From Geosiphon pyriformis uo1 (Eukaryota; Fungi; Glomeromycota), in contig JAAOMT010000665.1 in the NCBI GenBank assembly GCA_016748015.1, positions 62,001 to 126,000 of the forward strand: a stretch of DNA of 64,000 nt. Reading direction: 5' to 3'. How positions within the stretch are numbered: position 1 is the first letter of the stretch; every line of letters starts with the position of its first letter. Both the position numbers and the translations under genes were made by a program. Shown here piece after piece: positions 62,440-64,000 of this stretch. Under the pieces are notes generated by a model. The model did not search any database. It saw only the letters and a list, made by a program, of their open reading frames with translations, and was not told where the DNA came from.

Positions 62440-64000
62440 AAAATATGAATTTTGGTTTAAAAAAAAAAATCTTTCTCTTGTTGATCTTCTGGTCACAATG
62501 AGAGATAAAATATACTGAAAAGATAAATTTTCTTTATTCTTTTTTCCCCTTATTTTCGTAGTTATTTCTTCTAATATACCTTTGTTTGTGAATATAGATC
62601 TAGTCAGCTCTTTTGTTGGTGGGTCAGTGCCTGTTTTGGCTGGGTTGGTGACCTGGTCTGGTGTTAAAACCAAATGGTTGATAAGTGTTCATTCACATAG
62701 TGTTTCTTACAAAAAACTCAAAAAATCTGCCATTGTTGACAATGTGGTCAAGACTTTGGCTGGCTCTTTAATTCTTATAGATATGGTTACTGACAGTAAC
62801 AAATCTGCAAAGTCCTAGAGCAGTGAAGTAAACAGCAAAACAAGTAGCATTAGCAATATATTGGACCTGGAGAACATGAAGAATACAGTTGTAAAAAAGA
62901 CCAGTTATGCAGATTCCAATGCCTCAAAAATCAATGATGCTATAGGCAACACCACACCAAGAAAAACTTGTATTAGAACATATGTTTTGGGCAGCAAACT
63001 GAAGACTTCTTCTTTCAACAATTTGAGTGACGACAATAATAATATATTGACACTTTCAGTTCCTAAATTTTCTGGTGCTAAGCATTTGCTGAATATTGAG
63101 TTATGTGTTCTGGATAGGTGCAATTTCCAGCCAGTCAAATCTTTTGCATTGAATATTGAGCTATCTGCTGTACCTAAAAAGACAAATAGTAATAAGTTAA
63201 TTGCAATCAAAAAATTTTTTTATCAAATTGATGGTTTTGGGGGGGCTTCTACTCCCTTAAAATTTCCAGAGATCATTAAATCTTCATTTACTTCTGAAAT
63301 GAGTTTGAAAAAGGCAAAAGAATTGATGGTCAGTAAAAAAATTTTAGTTAATGATAATGTTAAGCAGGTAAACAAACATTTGGATTGGAAAATAATTGTT
63401 AAGGAGATTCCAATTGATCTTCTCAAATTGGCTATGGAATCTGTTTTTTCTAAGTTTGAAAAGATTGTATCAATCAAGATACAATTAATTGGCCTGTGGC
63501 AAAAGACTTTAGTAGAGTTTGAATTATCTAAGATAGCTGATTTAGTTGCTGCTGAATGGTCTGTTCTCATAAGAAAAGATTCTGTTCATATGACAAAAGC
63601 AGTTGATGACAAACAAACATGGGTATTAAGAGATTAACATTAGACACTGCTGTATACATTATTAGTTGGCACTACTGCTCATAATCTTTCTGGTTTGTTG
63701 GCATTCTATGGTAGAAAAACTTGTTTTGTTGGTTGTAATCTGGCAATGTATGTTCGTGATAGGTGTGCTGTAATTTGTTTTAGTAATGAGACATCCAAAT
63801 TGGCAGCCATTGGTTTACTGCCTGTTTTCAAGAGTGTGAATTTGCACTGGATTAGTCTTTTTCTGGCCTGTTGTGCCAAGTGTAAACAATCTGATCATGT
63901 TTCTGAATTTTGTTTATTAGATAGGTTTTCTGGTATTTACAGGAAATGGATAGTGACTTCTCAGGATCAGATCTATTTGGCCAATATATATAAAAAAAAA
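62440..64000 (+). mobile_element. LINE 5' end/ORF1 (RRM-like domains and CCHC knuckle), runs off window
   Basis: VKEIPIDL...SVFSKFEKIVSIK...LVEF (RRM-like), LLYTLLVGTTAHNL and CAKCKQSDHVSEFC. Homologous to 44551-45227 and 15000-16650. Confidence 0.75.

Overview
Eukaryotic, intron-rich, very AT-rich DNA. It is most likely from an early-diverging fungus (Mucoromycota/Glomeromycotina-like); this is inferred from gene content and intron style. A compact ~23.5 kb island (~20.3-43.9 kb) holds eight housekeeping genes: RIO1, HAP2/NF-YA, an Hst3/4-type sirtuin, gamma-glutamyltranspeptidase, ZRSR2/URP, GatA, eIF5B and Dim1. Transposon graveyards flank it on both sides. On the left are three nested Ty3/gypsy 3' halves, a further LTR-like repeat carrying an internally deleted Tc1, a LINE relic and an AT desert. 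On the right are a full-length gypsy element (45228-55396, minus strand, CTAT target duplication) inserted into a LINE, plus more LINE pieces and nearly erased LTR elements. Main observations: (1) the ZRSR2 gene has a candidate U12-type AT-AC intron nested in a U2 intron; (2) the gypsy family has an unusual layout of gag-PR-Cys-rich-dUTPase-RT-RH, an apparently separate integrase ORF and a conserved 209-aa non-env ORF3; (3) repeats show RIP-like, almost transition-only C>T/G>A erosion outside CpG as well; (4) an oversized GatA intron contains paired long hairpins. All coordinates and counts were read by hand.
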